64,000 nucleotides of DNA from Torpedo marmorata (lineage: Eukaryota), in assembly GCA_977017645.1 (NCBI GenBank), contig OZ360257.1, positions 14,508,001 through 14,572,000 of the forward strand. The letters are read 5' to 3'. Position 1 is the first letter of the stretch; every line of letters starts with the position of its first letter. The position numbers were made by a program, and so were the translations under genes. A model generated the notes under the pieces. It was not told where the DNA came from and did not search any database. It saw nothing but the letters and a program-made list of their open reading frames with translations. Positions 11,058 through 22,024 of this stretch are shown in pieces.

Positions 11058-13790
11058 ACGAAGCGACTAGTAATTATACAGATTGAAAATATACTATCCT
11101 GTACTTGAAGAGTTTGTGGACCTGGGAAGCCATTTAACAACAGCTAAAACGGATTTGTACACTAATTTTAATGCACAGATTCTCCAACCGGCGCAATGCT
11201 CTTGTCAATTGGATAGACGCGTTGGCTTTGCTGAAGTAAGTGTGCAACTTTAAAGAAACAACTCCCAAGTGTTGGAGTTGTATTTCCATTTTTAACTTAT
11301 CACAATGCGGTGACATAAAGTTTAGTGAATTTATGGAAATAGTTGATCTTGTAGCTTTGCATGTGGATAAATAATTTTAATGGGCGGTGCGCAGCCAAAC
11401 CGGACACTCAGAAAGAATCCCCGCAGGCCGATCCAATATACGGAAGTATGGGTGCAATCCTGCTTCATAACAAAGCGATTTTGCACCGCTCACAAAAAAT
11501 GTAAGGTCCAGACTGGTGGCCTTTGTTTCCTCGACGTACCTACAGCTAAATGACTTGTTAGAGCAGGAGCGGAGCAACTTGATTGATCATATTGCAAACA
11601 GCAGCTACATAGACCTTCCCACTGCTCCACGCAGCTGCAGAGCGCGATAATAACCAGGCTGAAATACCATCCCAGGATCCAACATTATCCACAATTTTCA
11701 GAGGATTTGAGCATGTCTCATCGTCTGATTTTAACTACAATCGTGTCTACTATGCAGGAATAGCTTCCAAAGAAAGACTTTATAGAAACGCCAACAAGAA
11801 CAGCGTTTGGAGAGCTATGCGAAAAATTCCTAGGGCCTGGATGAATTTGCATTTGGAGAGAAGGATATTGATTAGGGATCGTTAGCATAACTTTGGTGAT
11901 GGCAGAGCATATCCAACGGATTTGGGGTGTCTTTCGAGGTGCGGCTGAAGGTGTCGATGAGTGTAGTGCAGGTGACGAATGTGACAAGAATTTCTGCACA
12001 CCCTTGACAAGTTTCTACATAATGCACTGGATCAAAACGACCACAGTTCATGGGATCTCAGGCAATTCGCAAGTTTGATTTCAATTTTGGCCTGGTAATA
12101 GAAGGTAATTGTTTATGATTGAACATAGAAAATAGAACAGTGTCGTGCTCACGGAATAACCTACACTACCAAGGGCCTAGAATTTCCCTCCGATGTAAAG
12201 CTAAATTTTTCTCAGTTCTATGTACATATCTAATCGTCTCTTAAACGATCCTCTTGTATCACTCCCAACACCGTTGCCGGCCGCACATTCCATTCACCCA
12301 CACCTCCACTCTCTGAGTGAAGAACGTACCTCTAACATCCCACTTGTACGTACTGCTAAGCCCCTTTCAACCTCATCCCCTACGCCGCCCCCCAGATGGA
12401 CGTTTGTCTTTGCGACTGGAAGCGTATCTTCCATCGGGAGAAAATGTCAAACTATAGGATGAACTATGCGGGTTNNNNNNNNNNNNNNNNNNNNNNNNNN
12501 NNNNNNNNNNNNNNNNNNNNNNNNNNNNNNNNNNNNNNNNNNNNNNNNNNNNNNNNNNNNNNNNNNNNNNNNNNNNNNNNNNNNNNNNNNNNNNNNNNNN
12601 NNNNNNNNNNNNNNNNNNNNNNNNNNNNNNNNNNNNNNNNNNNNNNNNNNNNNNNNNNNNNNNNNNNNNNNNNNNNNNNNNNNNNNNNNNNNNNNNNNNN
12701 NNNNNNNNNNNNNNNNNNNNNNNNNNNNNNNNNNNNNNNNNNNNNNNNNNNNNNNNNNNNNNNNNNNNNNNNNNNNNNNNNNNNNNNNNNNNNNNNNNNN
12801 NNNNNNNNNNNNNNNNNNTTTAAATTTCAGATTCCAGGTTTATTGTCAGAATGCATACACGACATCACATACAACCCTGTGATACTTTATTCCTGCGTGC
12901 GCGGCAGAATTACCACTAAACGGTAGTGCAAAACAAAATAACTGTACACCGCATGTGCATTTAAACAAATAAAAATCTTGAAACAGACAACGAATGTGAA
13001 CAAACTGACTGCGCAATACAGAGAGAATAAAAAAGAAAAGTAAAATCAATAAAGTGCACAAGTAACAGTCCTCAAAAGAGTCCCTGATTGAGTTTGTTGT
13101 TGAGGAGTCTAATGCTGGAGGGGTAGCAGCTGTTTATTTCCATTGACTGTTCCGTGTGGATAACTGTGGCTTTCACGGTTGATCGATTTGTTTCTATTTG
13201 TCACTACATGCGCCGAGCAAAATATTGCATTGAAACGAATGTGACTGTGGCGATAGCGATGGTGTTTTATTCAAGCTGTGGAGAAATCATCCCATACTAT
13301 ATTATTTACGAACCTCGCGAAGTCACTGATAACGTTGAAGGGTCGTGTTCTGTAAAATCAAGCTTCTCCACGTCACCCATTCGGGCAGCCTTTCTCTGAC
13401 TGGAAACGGTCTTGACCCCAATTGCTCCTCATGTATTAATCTTGCTTCTAAATTCCCTGACCATGAGATACATTATACTTGCTCACCGAGTGAAGAGAGA
13501 ATTCCGAGGAAGTAAAAGGAACGGGAATCGCACTGAACCAGAGACGAGGAAACACAGGAAATCGGTAAATCTGCTGCTCGTTATTACCCGCAATTTGATT
13601 CTCTTGTGGATGGTTCAGGAGTTTATTTATTCATCATCCCATTGTACCATGACAAACCGACGGAACAGCGTTCTCCAGTCCACTGTGCAGAACAGTGCAA
13701 GTCAGGCTTTAGACATCACACACATACAGACAAATCGTTACATGTATACACTGCATGTGTACATGTTTTAAAATAAATATTCGTAATAAA
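11058..13790 (+). pseudogene. Type B GPCR pseudogene, copy 2 (5' part of exon 2 deleted)
   Basis: Exon 1 remnant at 11058-11124 with a mutated donor. Exon 2 resumes at ~13129 (SVWITVAFTVDRFVSICH...) and carries stops and frameshifts. Confidence 0.78.
12475..12818. other. Assembly gap
   Basis: Run of N. Confidence 0.99.
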
Positions 13791-13796
13791 TAGTAC

Positions 13797-13983
13797 TGTA
13801 GCCGCGTGCTACTGGAAAGAAGACACACACGCGTAGTGTAGTCAGGTTAAGCTCTGAGTTTCTATTAGGTCCCAGGCCCGACTTTTATATTTACACTGTT
13901 CCCGCCGTGTCCTCCTTTTGCAGACTTCACAACATGCATAACAAAAGCGGGTTTCCCGCGCTCGGGTACTTTCCTGCATAACA
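13797..13983 (-). repeat. 3' LTR of the Gypsy element
   Basis: Minus strand TGTT...TACA directly after the PPT; contains a TATA-like TATAAAA. Confidence 0.75.
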
Positions 13984-14569
13984 ATACCCTTCTTCCCCCC
14001 GCGCTGTCCCTGTCTGTTGGCAGCGCAGCAAGGCCAGCTCCATTTTGGGGTCGCTGGCCTTTCAGCTGCCCTTGCCGTTCACCCGCCGGTTCGCTTGTTG
14101 GGGCAAGTGCCGCTGCGCGGGTTGCTGGCCTTTGGTCGCGCTCGCCGCCCGGAGCGCCGGCTCGATCGCCGCGGTGGCGGGCCGCCCACAAGACCCACCC
14201 CCACCCCCACCCACCCCTCCAGAACCGGCGGTATTGTCCTCGTTATTGTCCTTGGTGTCTCTGCAGCCTTCGGTGGCCTGCCTCTTCGGCGTGGTGCTGG
14301 TGTCTCGACCGGGCGCGACGGGTCCAGATGTGCCGGCTTCAGCCTGTCTGTGGTGAAGAACTCCGTCTTGACTCCGACCTCCAGCTCAAACGTGGCCCCG
14401 TTGTTGCGGGTTTCTCGGAACGGACCCTCGTATGGTCTCTGAAGCGATGGACGATGTGGACCCCTGCGAATGAAAACATACTCACAGTCCTGCAGGTCTC
14501 TGGGTATGTTGGTCCTCGCGTGTCCGCGCCTGGAAGGTGGAATCGAGGACAGGTTGCCGACTCTTTCCC

Positions 14570-16782
14570 TTAGCCTGCCGAGGAACGCTGCAGAGTCGTC
14601 CTGCTGCCCGCCTGGGGATGGTACGAATTCTCCCGAGACCACCCCAGTGGAGCTCCGTAGATGAGTTCGGCCGAAGAGGTGTTGAGGTCCTCTTTGGGTG
14701 CCGTGAAGATGCTCAACAGCGCCCATGGTAGCTCGCTTACCCAGTTGGGACCTTGGAGTCTGGTCATGAGCGCGGTCTTGAGGTGCCTGTGGAAGCGCTC
14801 CACCAATCCATTGGACTGTGGATGGTAAGCTGTTGTGTGATGCAACTGGGCACCCCACAGGCTGGCGAGGTCGGACCACAGACTGGAGGTGAACTGGGCC
14901 CCTCTGTCGGATGTGATGTGGGATGGTAACCCGATCCGTGCCACCCAAGTCGAGATGAGGGCCCTGGGGAACGAGGTGTTGGACGTGTCTGCCAGCGGGA
15001 CTGCTTCTGGCCACCTGGTGAAGCGGTCGAACATGGTGAACAGATAGCAGAAAATCTGGGATACCGGCAAGGGTCCTACTATGTCCACGTGGATGTGGTC
15101 GAACCTTCGTTCTGCGAGCTCGAAGTGCTGAGGTGGGGTCTTGGTGTGCTGCTGTACCTTGTTTGTTTGGCATTGCGTGCACGCCTTCGCCCACCCGCTG
15201 ACCTGTTTCCGCAATCCATGCCACTTATATTTGCTGGCCACCAGCCGGACCGTGGTCCTGATGGATGGGAGAGCCAGTCCATGGATGGAGCCGAAAACCT
15301 GTCGTCTCCAAGCCGCCGGAACGATGGGTCTGACCTGACCGGTGGCCACGTCGCACAGGATGGTGGTGTTACCTGTGCCAACCGGGATGTCCTGGAGCTG
15401 CAGTCCCGATATGGCAGTCCTGTACTGGGGCATCTCTTCGTCTTTCTGCTGTGCCTCCGCCAGTGACATGAAGTCCTCTCCCTTTGATAGCGCGTGGATA
15501 CTTTGCCTGGACAGTGCGTCGGCCACCACGTTGTTCTTACCGGAGACGTGCCTTACATCTGTGGTGTACTCCGAGATGTAAGACAGGTGTCGTTGCTGGC
15601 GGGCTGACCAGGGGTCCGAGATCTTAGCCAAGGCGAAAGTCAGGGGCTTGTGATCTGTGAAAGCAGTGAAGGACCTGCCCTCTAGGAAGTACCTGAAGTG
15701 GCAGATGGCTAAGTACAGCGCCAGTAGCTCTCTGTCGAAAGCGCTGTACTTCAGTTCTGGAGGCCGCAGATGTTTGCTGAAGAAAGCCAGCGGCCGCAAA
15801 CGTCCTTCGATCTGCTGCTCCAGAACTCCGCCGATCGCCATTCCTGAGGCATCCACTGTCAGGGCCGTTGGAGCGTCAGACCTGGGAGGTGCCAGGAGAG
15901 TGGTGTCCGCCAGGGCTTCCTTGGCCTTCACGACGGCCTCCGCTGACTCCTCGTCCCAGGTGATGTCCTTCACCTTGCCTGCCATCCGGGCGAACAAGGG
16001 CCGCATGATCTGGGCAGCTGAGGGGATGAACCTGTGATAGAAATTGATCATCCCCACGAACTCCTGTAGTCCCTTGGTCGTGTTGGGTCTGGGGAATCTC
16101 CGGATGTCCTCCACTTTACTGGGTAGCGGTGTGGCTCCTTCCCTCGTTATCCTGTGGCCCAGGAAGTCGATGGCCTGCAATCCGAACTGACATTTGGCTG
16201 GGTTGATCGTCAGGCCGAACTTGTTCAGTCCAGTGTAGAGGTTGCGGAGGTGCGTCATATGCTCCTGTTGTTTCCTGCTCGCCACCAGGATGTCGTCAAG
16301 GTACACGAAGGTGCCATCCAGGTCTCGGCCCACCGCGTCCATGCGTCGCTGGAAGGTCTGTGCGGCGTTCATTTTCGCGAACGGCATCCGGAGGAATTCG
16401 AAGAGGCCAAACGTGGTGATGGTGGCGGTCTTGGGGATATCCTCGGGGTGTACCGGGATATGATGATATCCCCGGGCGAGGTGCACCTTGGAGAAGATCC
16501 TTGCCCCATGCAAGTTTGCCGCAAAGTCATGGATGTGCGGCATGGGGTACTGATGCGGTGTCGTGACCTCGTTGAGCCGGCGGTAGTCGCCGCATGGTCT
16601 CCAGCCCCCAGTTGCTTTGGGTACCATGTGCAGGGGAGAAACCCATGGGCTGTCCGACCGCCGTGCGATGCCGAGCTCCTCCCGCTTCCTGAATTCCTCC
16701 TTCACCAGCTTGAGCTTCTCCGGAGGAAGGCGTCTTGCCCTTGCGTGGAGCGGCGGGCCCTGGGTCAGGATGTGGTGCTGTA
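14570..16782 (-). CDS. pol: Gypsy pol fragment (reverse transcriptase - RNase H - integrase)
   Basis: WRPCGDYRRLN, FEFLRMPF and YLDD (RT); TVDAS...DRELLA...TDHKPL (RNase H); C..CQ zinc finger, HVDIVGPL, SDRGAQF and NGLVERFHR (DDE integrase). Confidence 0.9.
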
Positions 16783-16925
16783 ACGACCTCAGCAATTATG
16801 ATTCGACTTAATATATTTGCTGCAATGAAAATCTGTGACGAATGAGTATCATCATGTGTTCATGTGTCATCAGAGGTTTACTTTATTTATAAGTGAGGCA
16901 TTATTGTGAAGTCCAGTAAACTTAA

Positions 16926-19900
16926 ACGAAGCGACCAGTAATTTTACAGATTGAAAAAATACTATCCTATTCTTCAACAGTTGGTGGACATGGTAACATA
17001 ACGTAAGCTAAAACGGTTTTTTACTCGAATTTTAATACATAGCTCTTCCACCGGCGCAAAGCTCTTGTCAATTGAATAGACGCGTTGGTTTTGCTGAGTA
17101 ACATTAAAGAAACAACTCGCAAGTGTTGGAGTTGTATTTCCATTTTTAACTTATCAAAATGCGGTGACATAAAGTTTAGTGAATTTATGGAAATAGTTGA
17201 TCTTGCTGTTTTGCATGTGGATAAATAGTTTTTATGGGCGGTACGCAGCCAAACCGGACACTCAGAAAGAATCCCCGCAGGCAGATCCAATATACGGAAG
17301 TATGGGTGTAATGCTGCTTCATAACAAAGCGATTTTACACCGCTCATGATAACTTGAAGGCCCAGCCAGGTGGCCTTTGTTTCGTCGACTTACCTACAGC
17401 TAAAGGACACGTTAAAGCAGGAGTGGAGTAGCCTGATTCCTCATATTGCAAACAGCAGGTACATGGAGCTTCCCACTGCTCCACGCAGCTGCAGAGCACG
17501 ATATAAACTAGGCTGCAATACCATCCCAGGATCCAAAATTATCCACAATTTTCAGACGCTTTGAGCATGTCTCATCGTCTGATTTTAACTTCCACAGTGC
17601 CTACTATGCAGGAAGACCTTCTAAAGAAAAAAATCATATCAACGCCAACAAGAACACCGTCTGGAAATCTATTGGAAAATTTCCGAGGGCCAGGATGAAT
17701 ATCCACTTGGAGAGAAGGATATTGATTGGGCATAGTTAGCATAACTTTATTGATGGAAGAGCCTATCTAACCGATTTGGGGTTTCTTTCGAGGAGCGGCT
17801 AAAGGTGTCAATGAGAGTAGTGCAGGTGACAAAGTAGACAAGAATTTCTGCACACCCTTTACAATTTCTACATAATGCACTTGTTCAAAACGACCACAGT
17901 TCTTGTGATCTCAGGCAATTCGCAAGTTTGATTTCAATATTGGCCTGGTAATAGAAGGTAATTGTTTATGATGGAACATAGAAAATAGAACAGTGTAACC
18001 TACACTACCAAGTGCCAAGAATTTCCCTCCTGTGTAACGCTCAATTTTTTTTCTGTTCTATGTACGTATCTAATCGTCACTTAAAATATCATCTTGTACC
18101 TCTCCTAACACTGTTGCCGGCCGCACATTCCATGCACCCACCCCTCCAATCTCTGAGTGAAGAACGTACCTCTAACATCCCACTTGTACGTACTGTTAAG
18201 CACCTTTCAACCTCATACCCACGGCACCTCCCTGATGGATGGTTCTCTTTGCGATTAGAAGCATATCTTCCATCGGGAGAAAAGGTCAAACTATAGGATG
18301 AAATCTGCGGGTTCATNNNNNNNNNNNNNNNNNNNNNNNNNNNNNNNNNNNNNNNNNNNNNNNNNNNNNNNNNNNNNNNNNNNNNNNNNNNNNNNNNNNN
18401 NNNNNNNNNNNNNNNNNNNNNNNNNNNNNNNNNNNNNNNNNNNNNNNNNNNNNNNNNNNNNNNNNNNNNNNNNNNNNNNNNNNNNNNNNNNNNNNNNNNN
18501 NNNNNNNNNNNNNNNNNNNNNNNNNNNNNNNNNNNNNNNNNNNNNNNNNNNNNNNNNNNNNNNNNNNNNNNNNNNNNAGTTTTCAGAAATATTGTCAGAG
18601 TGCATACATGACATCACATACAACCCTGTGATACATTTTTCCTGCGGGCGCGGCAGAATTACCACTAATTGGTAGTGCAGAAGAAAATAACTGTACACAG
18701 CATATGCATTAAAACAAATAAAGAAGTTGAAACAGAAAACGAATGTGAACAAACTGACTGTGCAATACAGAGAGAATAAAAAAGAAAAGTAAAATCAATA
18801 AAGTGCACAAGAAAGAGTCCTTAAATGAGTCTCTGATTGAGTTTGTTGTTGAGGAGTCTGATGGTGGAGGGGTAGCAGCTGTTCCTTAACCTGGTGGTGC
18901 GAGTCTTGTGGCTTGTGTCTTGTAACTTGTGGGTGGAGATTGTGCAAGTTTAAGATCGACACTTTTCCTCAGGACCATGCATCATGTTCAGCTGAGCGTG
19001 ATCAAGCTTTGGCCCCTGATGTCAGGAGAGATGGATCTGATCTCGGCTCCCATACAACATCAGCACAATAAAAGTAAAGGCGCACAAGTCTCAGCTGAGC
19101 GAACGCTCGAAGTCCAATCGCGCTAACACCACTATCTTAATACTACAAGACACACGTGGTTCAATAATTATATAATTGCAGCAAATAAAGAAATTTCTGT
19201 TGTTCTGTGCCTCAGATCAGAGAACATTATTAATCTTAATCTCCGTGTTCTGCAGCTAATTTGCTGCCAATCTTCATTCTGCTCCCTGGAAATTGTGGCC
19301 TCTCTAAATGCATCCCCCGGTATTTGCTGCGAACGGCAGTAGCTGACTGAATGGTTGTTACATTTGATCTGATTTTGTGCGAGATTATTGATGGATATTT
19401 TACACACTCGTTCTTCAATCCGACACCTGTTTGTAGAGTTATTCTGACCATGCTGTTTATTTCCATTGACTGTTCCGTGTGGATAACTGTTCCTTTCACG
19501 GTCGATCGATTTGTTTCTATTTGTCACTAAATGCAACGAGCAAAATATTGCATTGAAAACTGTAGCGATAGTGATGGTATTTTACTCAATCTGTGGAGAA
19601 AACATCCCATACTATTTAATTTACGAACTTCGCGAAGTGTCCTGTTCTGTAAAATGAAGCTTATTCACGTCACCCATTCGGGCAGCTTTTCTCTGCTGGA
19701 AACAGTCTTGACCCCATTTGCTCCTAATGTATTGATTTACTTCTAAGTTCCCTGACCATGAGACACATTATACTTGCTGACCGAGTGACGAGCGAATTCC
19801 GAGGAAGTAACAGGAACGGGAATCGCACTCACCCAGAGACGACGAAACACAGGAAATCGAAAAATCTGCTGCTCGTCATATCTCGCAACTTGATCCTCTT

Positions 19901-20090
19901 GTGGATGGTTCAGGAGTTCGTTTGTTCGTCATCCGATTGTACCTTGACAAACCGACGGAACAGCGTTCTCCAGTCCACGCTGCAGAACAGTGCAAATCAG
20001 GCTTTAGACATCACACACATACTGACAAATCGTTACATGCATACACTGCAAATGCACATATATTAAAATAAATATTCGTAATAAATAGTA
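16926..20090 (+). pseudogene. Type B GPCR pseudogene, copy 3
   Basis: Exon 1 remnant at 16926-16992; acceptor tgcag at 19255; exon 2 homologous to copy 1 with several stops (e.g. GAC TGA, CAC TAA). Confidence 0.8.
18317..18577. other. Assembly gap
   Basis: Run of N. Confidence 0.99.
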
Positions 20091-21972
20091 GAGTCACGGA
20101 GAGTTGTTTTAGCAGTCATTCAGCATTCTCACTGCCCGTGGCAAGAAGCTGTTTCTCAGCGTGGTGGTTCTGGCTCTGATACTCCTGCATCTTTGTTCCC
20201 GGCGGGAGTAACTGGAAGATGCTGCGTGCGGGCTGAGAAGGGCTTCACTTATGTCGCGAGCCCTCAGTAAACAAAGGACCCGGTAATTCTATCGATGGGA
20301 TGTGGAGGGCTGGGGAGAGGTTGGAGGGCGACACCGGCAAATTCCCTGCCGCTTTTCTGGTCCTTTGGTTTGACCACCTATCCGATGCTCCACATCAACT
20401 GTGATGCATCCGGTCAGGACGCTCTCGATAGAGTTCCTGCAGACAGCTGACAGAATGATGGCCCGTACCCTTGTCCGTCTCAGTCTTCGCATGTAGTGCA
20501 GTCGCTGTTGGACCTTCCTGACAATTGAGGAGATGTTATGTGTCCAAAATAGATGACTTCATAAGTGGAATCCGAGGAACGTGATATATTCAGTGGAGCA
20601 TCAGGGGGACTTCTTGACGAGTGGTGAGAGGGTGGTCGAGAAACCAGCTAAAGTGGTGAATGAGAGCTATATTTTGATATTAAAGAAAGATTTGGATAGG
20701 TACATGGATTGGAGAGGTATGGAGGGATGTAGCCCTGGTGCATGTCAGTGGATCTATGCAGAATTTTACTTCGGCACGAATTAGATGGGCGGAAGATCCC
20801 GTTTCTCTCCTGTTATATTCTTTGGTTAAGAAATTAAGGGATGTGGGAAAGTTAAATGGAGAGCAATGTAGATCAGCTATGTTGTTTTAAATTTACATCG
20901 ATTTATATGTTTTTATATTCTATATTTACAAATTACAAACAGGACTGGCCACCGGATCTGCAAATTATTTATCCAAAATCGTAGCTGATATATTTTTGCG
21001 CGTCTTTGCCTCGCTAAGAGGTCCCGAACAGAAATGTTGACTGACCATTACTCTCCACAGACGCTGCCTGACTCGTTGGGAACATAGGCACATCAGAGCT
21101 CAATTCAGCACCTTCAGCCTACGATGTTGTACAGAAATATGTAAATGTACTCCACAGCAATCTAATTTTCCTCAACTCACACCCACAACCCTCTTATGAG
21201 ACCTTCCAGTTACTAGATATTAAAGAAGGATTCCAGCATCTGCAGTTCTTGTGATTCTATTTACTTATATTTTAATTAGTCACACGAATCTCCTTCATCT
21301 CCCTCCTCCTTATCTCCATCCCAGGATGGGGGCTCTCATCGCACCATCACCGCCTTGTCCCGTTGGTTTTTGTTGGTGTGGCGCATTCAATCGAAATGTG
21401 TAAACCTCGCCAGTAACTTTCCTGACCCTTGGTTCAGTTTCGCTTAACGTTCTGTTCTCTGTGGCAGTCGTTGAAATCAAGGGAGAATTTCACCTGAACC
21501 TGAACACGACAGATCTTGGGTTGATCGTGGATGGCACTTTGAAAATTAGATTCGCAAGTCTAAAAATGCAACTGACTATGATAGGAAAGCTAATTGAAGC
21601 GACGACGTCAGTGCAGACGCATTGAAGTGTGACCAAATCTCCTCAGAGACGAGGATAAATCGAAGCAAAGGGAGATGTATAAACGCGACACTCCGGTGCC
21701 ACGGTTCAAGGTCACGTGTGGCAGCGAGCTCGCACCTGAACCTTGTTTATTGCGATCCCTCGGGTCATTTACTGTGGGCCGAGCTAACGCAGTCCATAAA
21801 TTTAGAATGAACTGGTACTGTCTGTTAAATCAAGTATGTGGAGATGTTATGTAAGTTAATGTCCCAGTGGAAACGGCTGTCCTATAAATTGGGCTTCACA
21901 GTGAATCTATTCGTTCTGGCACCTGGACCTCTGCTGTATACAAAACGTTCGTATCCTCAACCGGTGCCACGA

Positions 21973-22024
21973 ATGGACGCCACGGAGATATTCTATCCCA
22001 TTCTTGCAATTGTTGGCATTCCTG
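21973..22024 (+). CDS. GPR139-like GPCR type A copy 2, exon 1
   Basis: ATG at 21973, MDATEIFYPILAIVGIP, donor gtaagt at 22025. Confidence 0.85.

Larger units (their letters stand above)
13797..16782 (-). mobile_element. Ty3/Gypsy LTR retrotransposon, 5'-truncated (pol plus 3' LTR)
   Basis: pol ORF 14570-16795, polypurine tract GGGGGGAAGAAGGGTAT (13984-14000, minus strand), and a 187-bp LTR at 13797-13983 with TG...CA ends. No gag, protease or 5' LTR. Visibly GC-richer than the flanks. Confidence 0.93.

Noticed and set aside
12396-12926. ORFs spanning N runs (also 18291-18752)
   Set aside because: Artefacts of assembly gaps.
14079-15224. 381-aa minus-strand ORF and the overlapping plus-strand ORFs in the Gypsy element as separate genes
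   Set aside because: These are alternate frames of GC-rich pol. Only the distal part (RPYEGPF) is the frameshifted integrase C-terminus.
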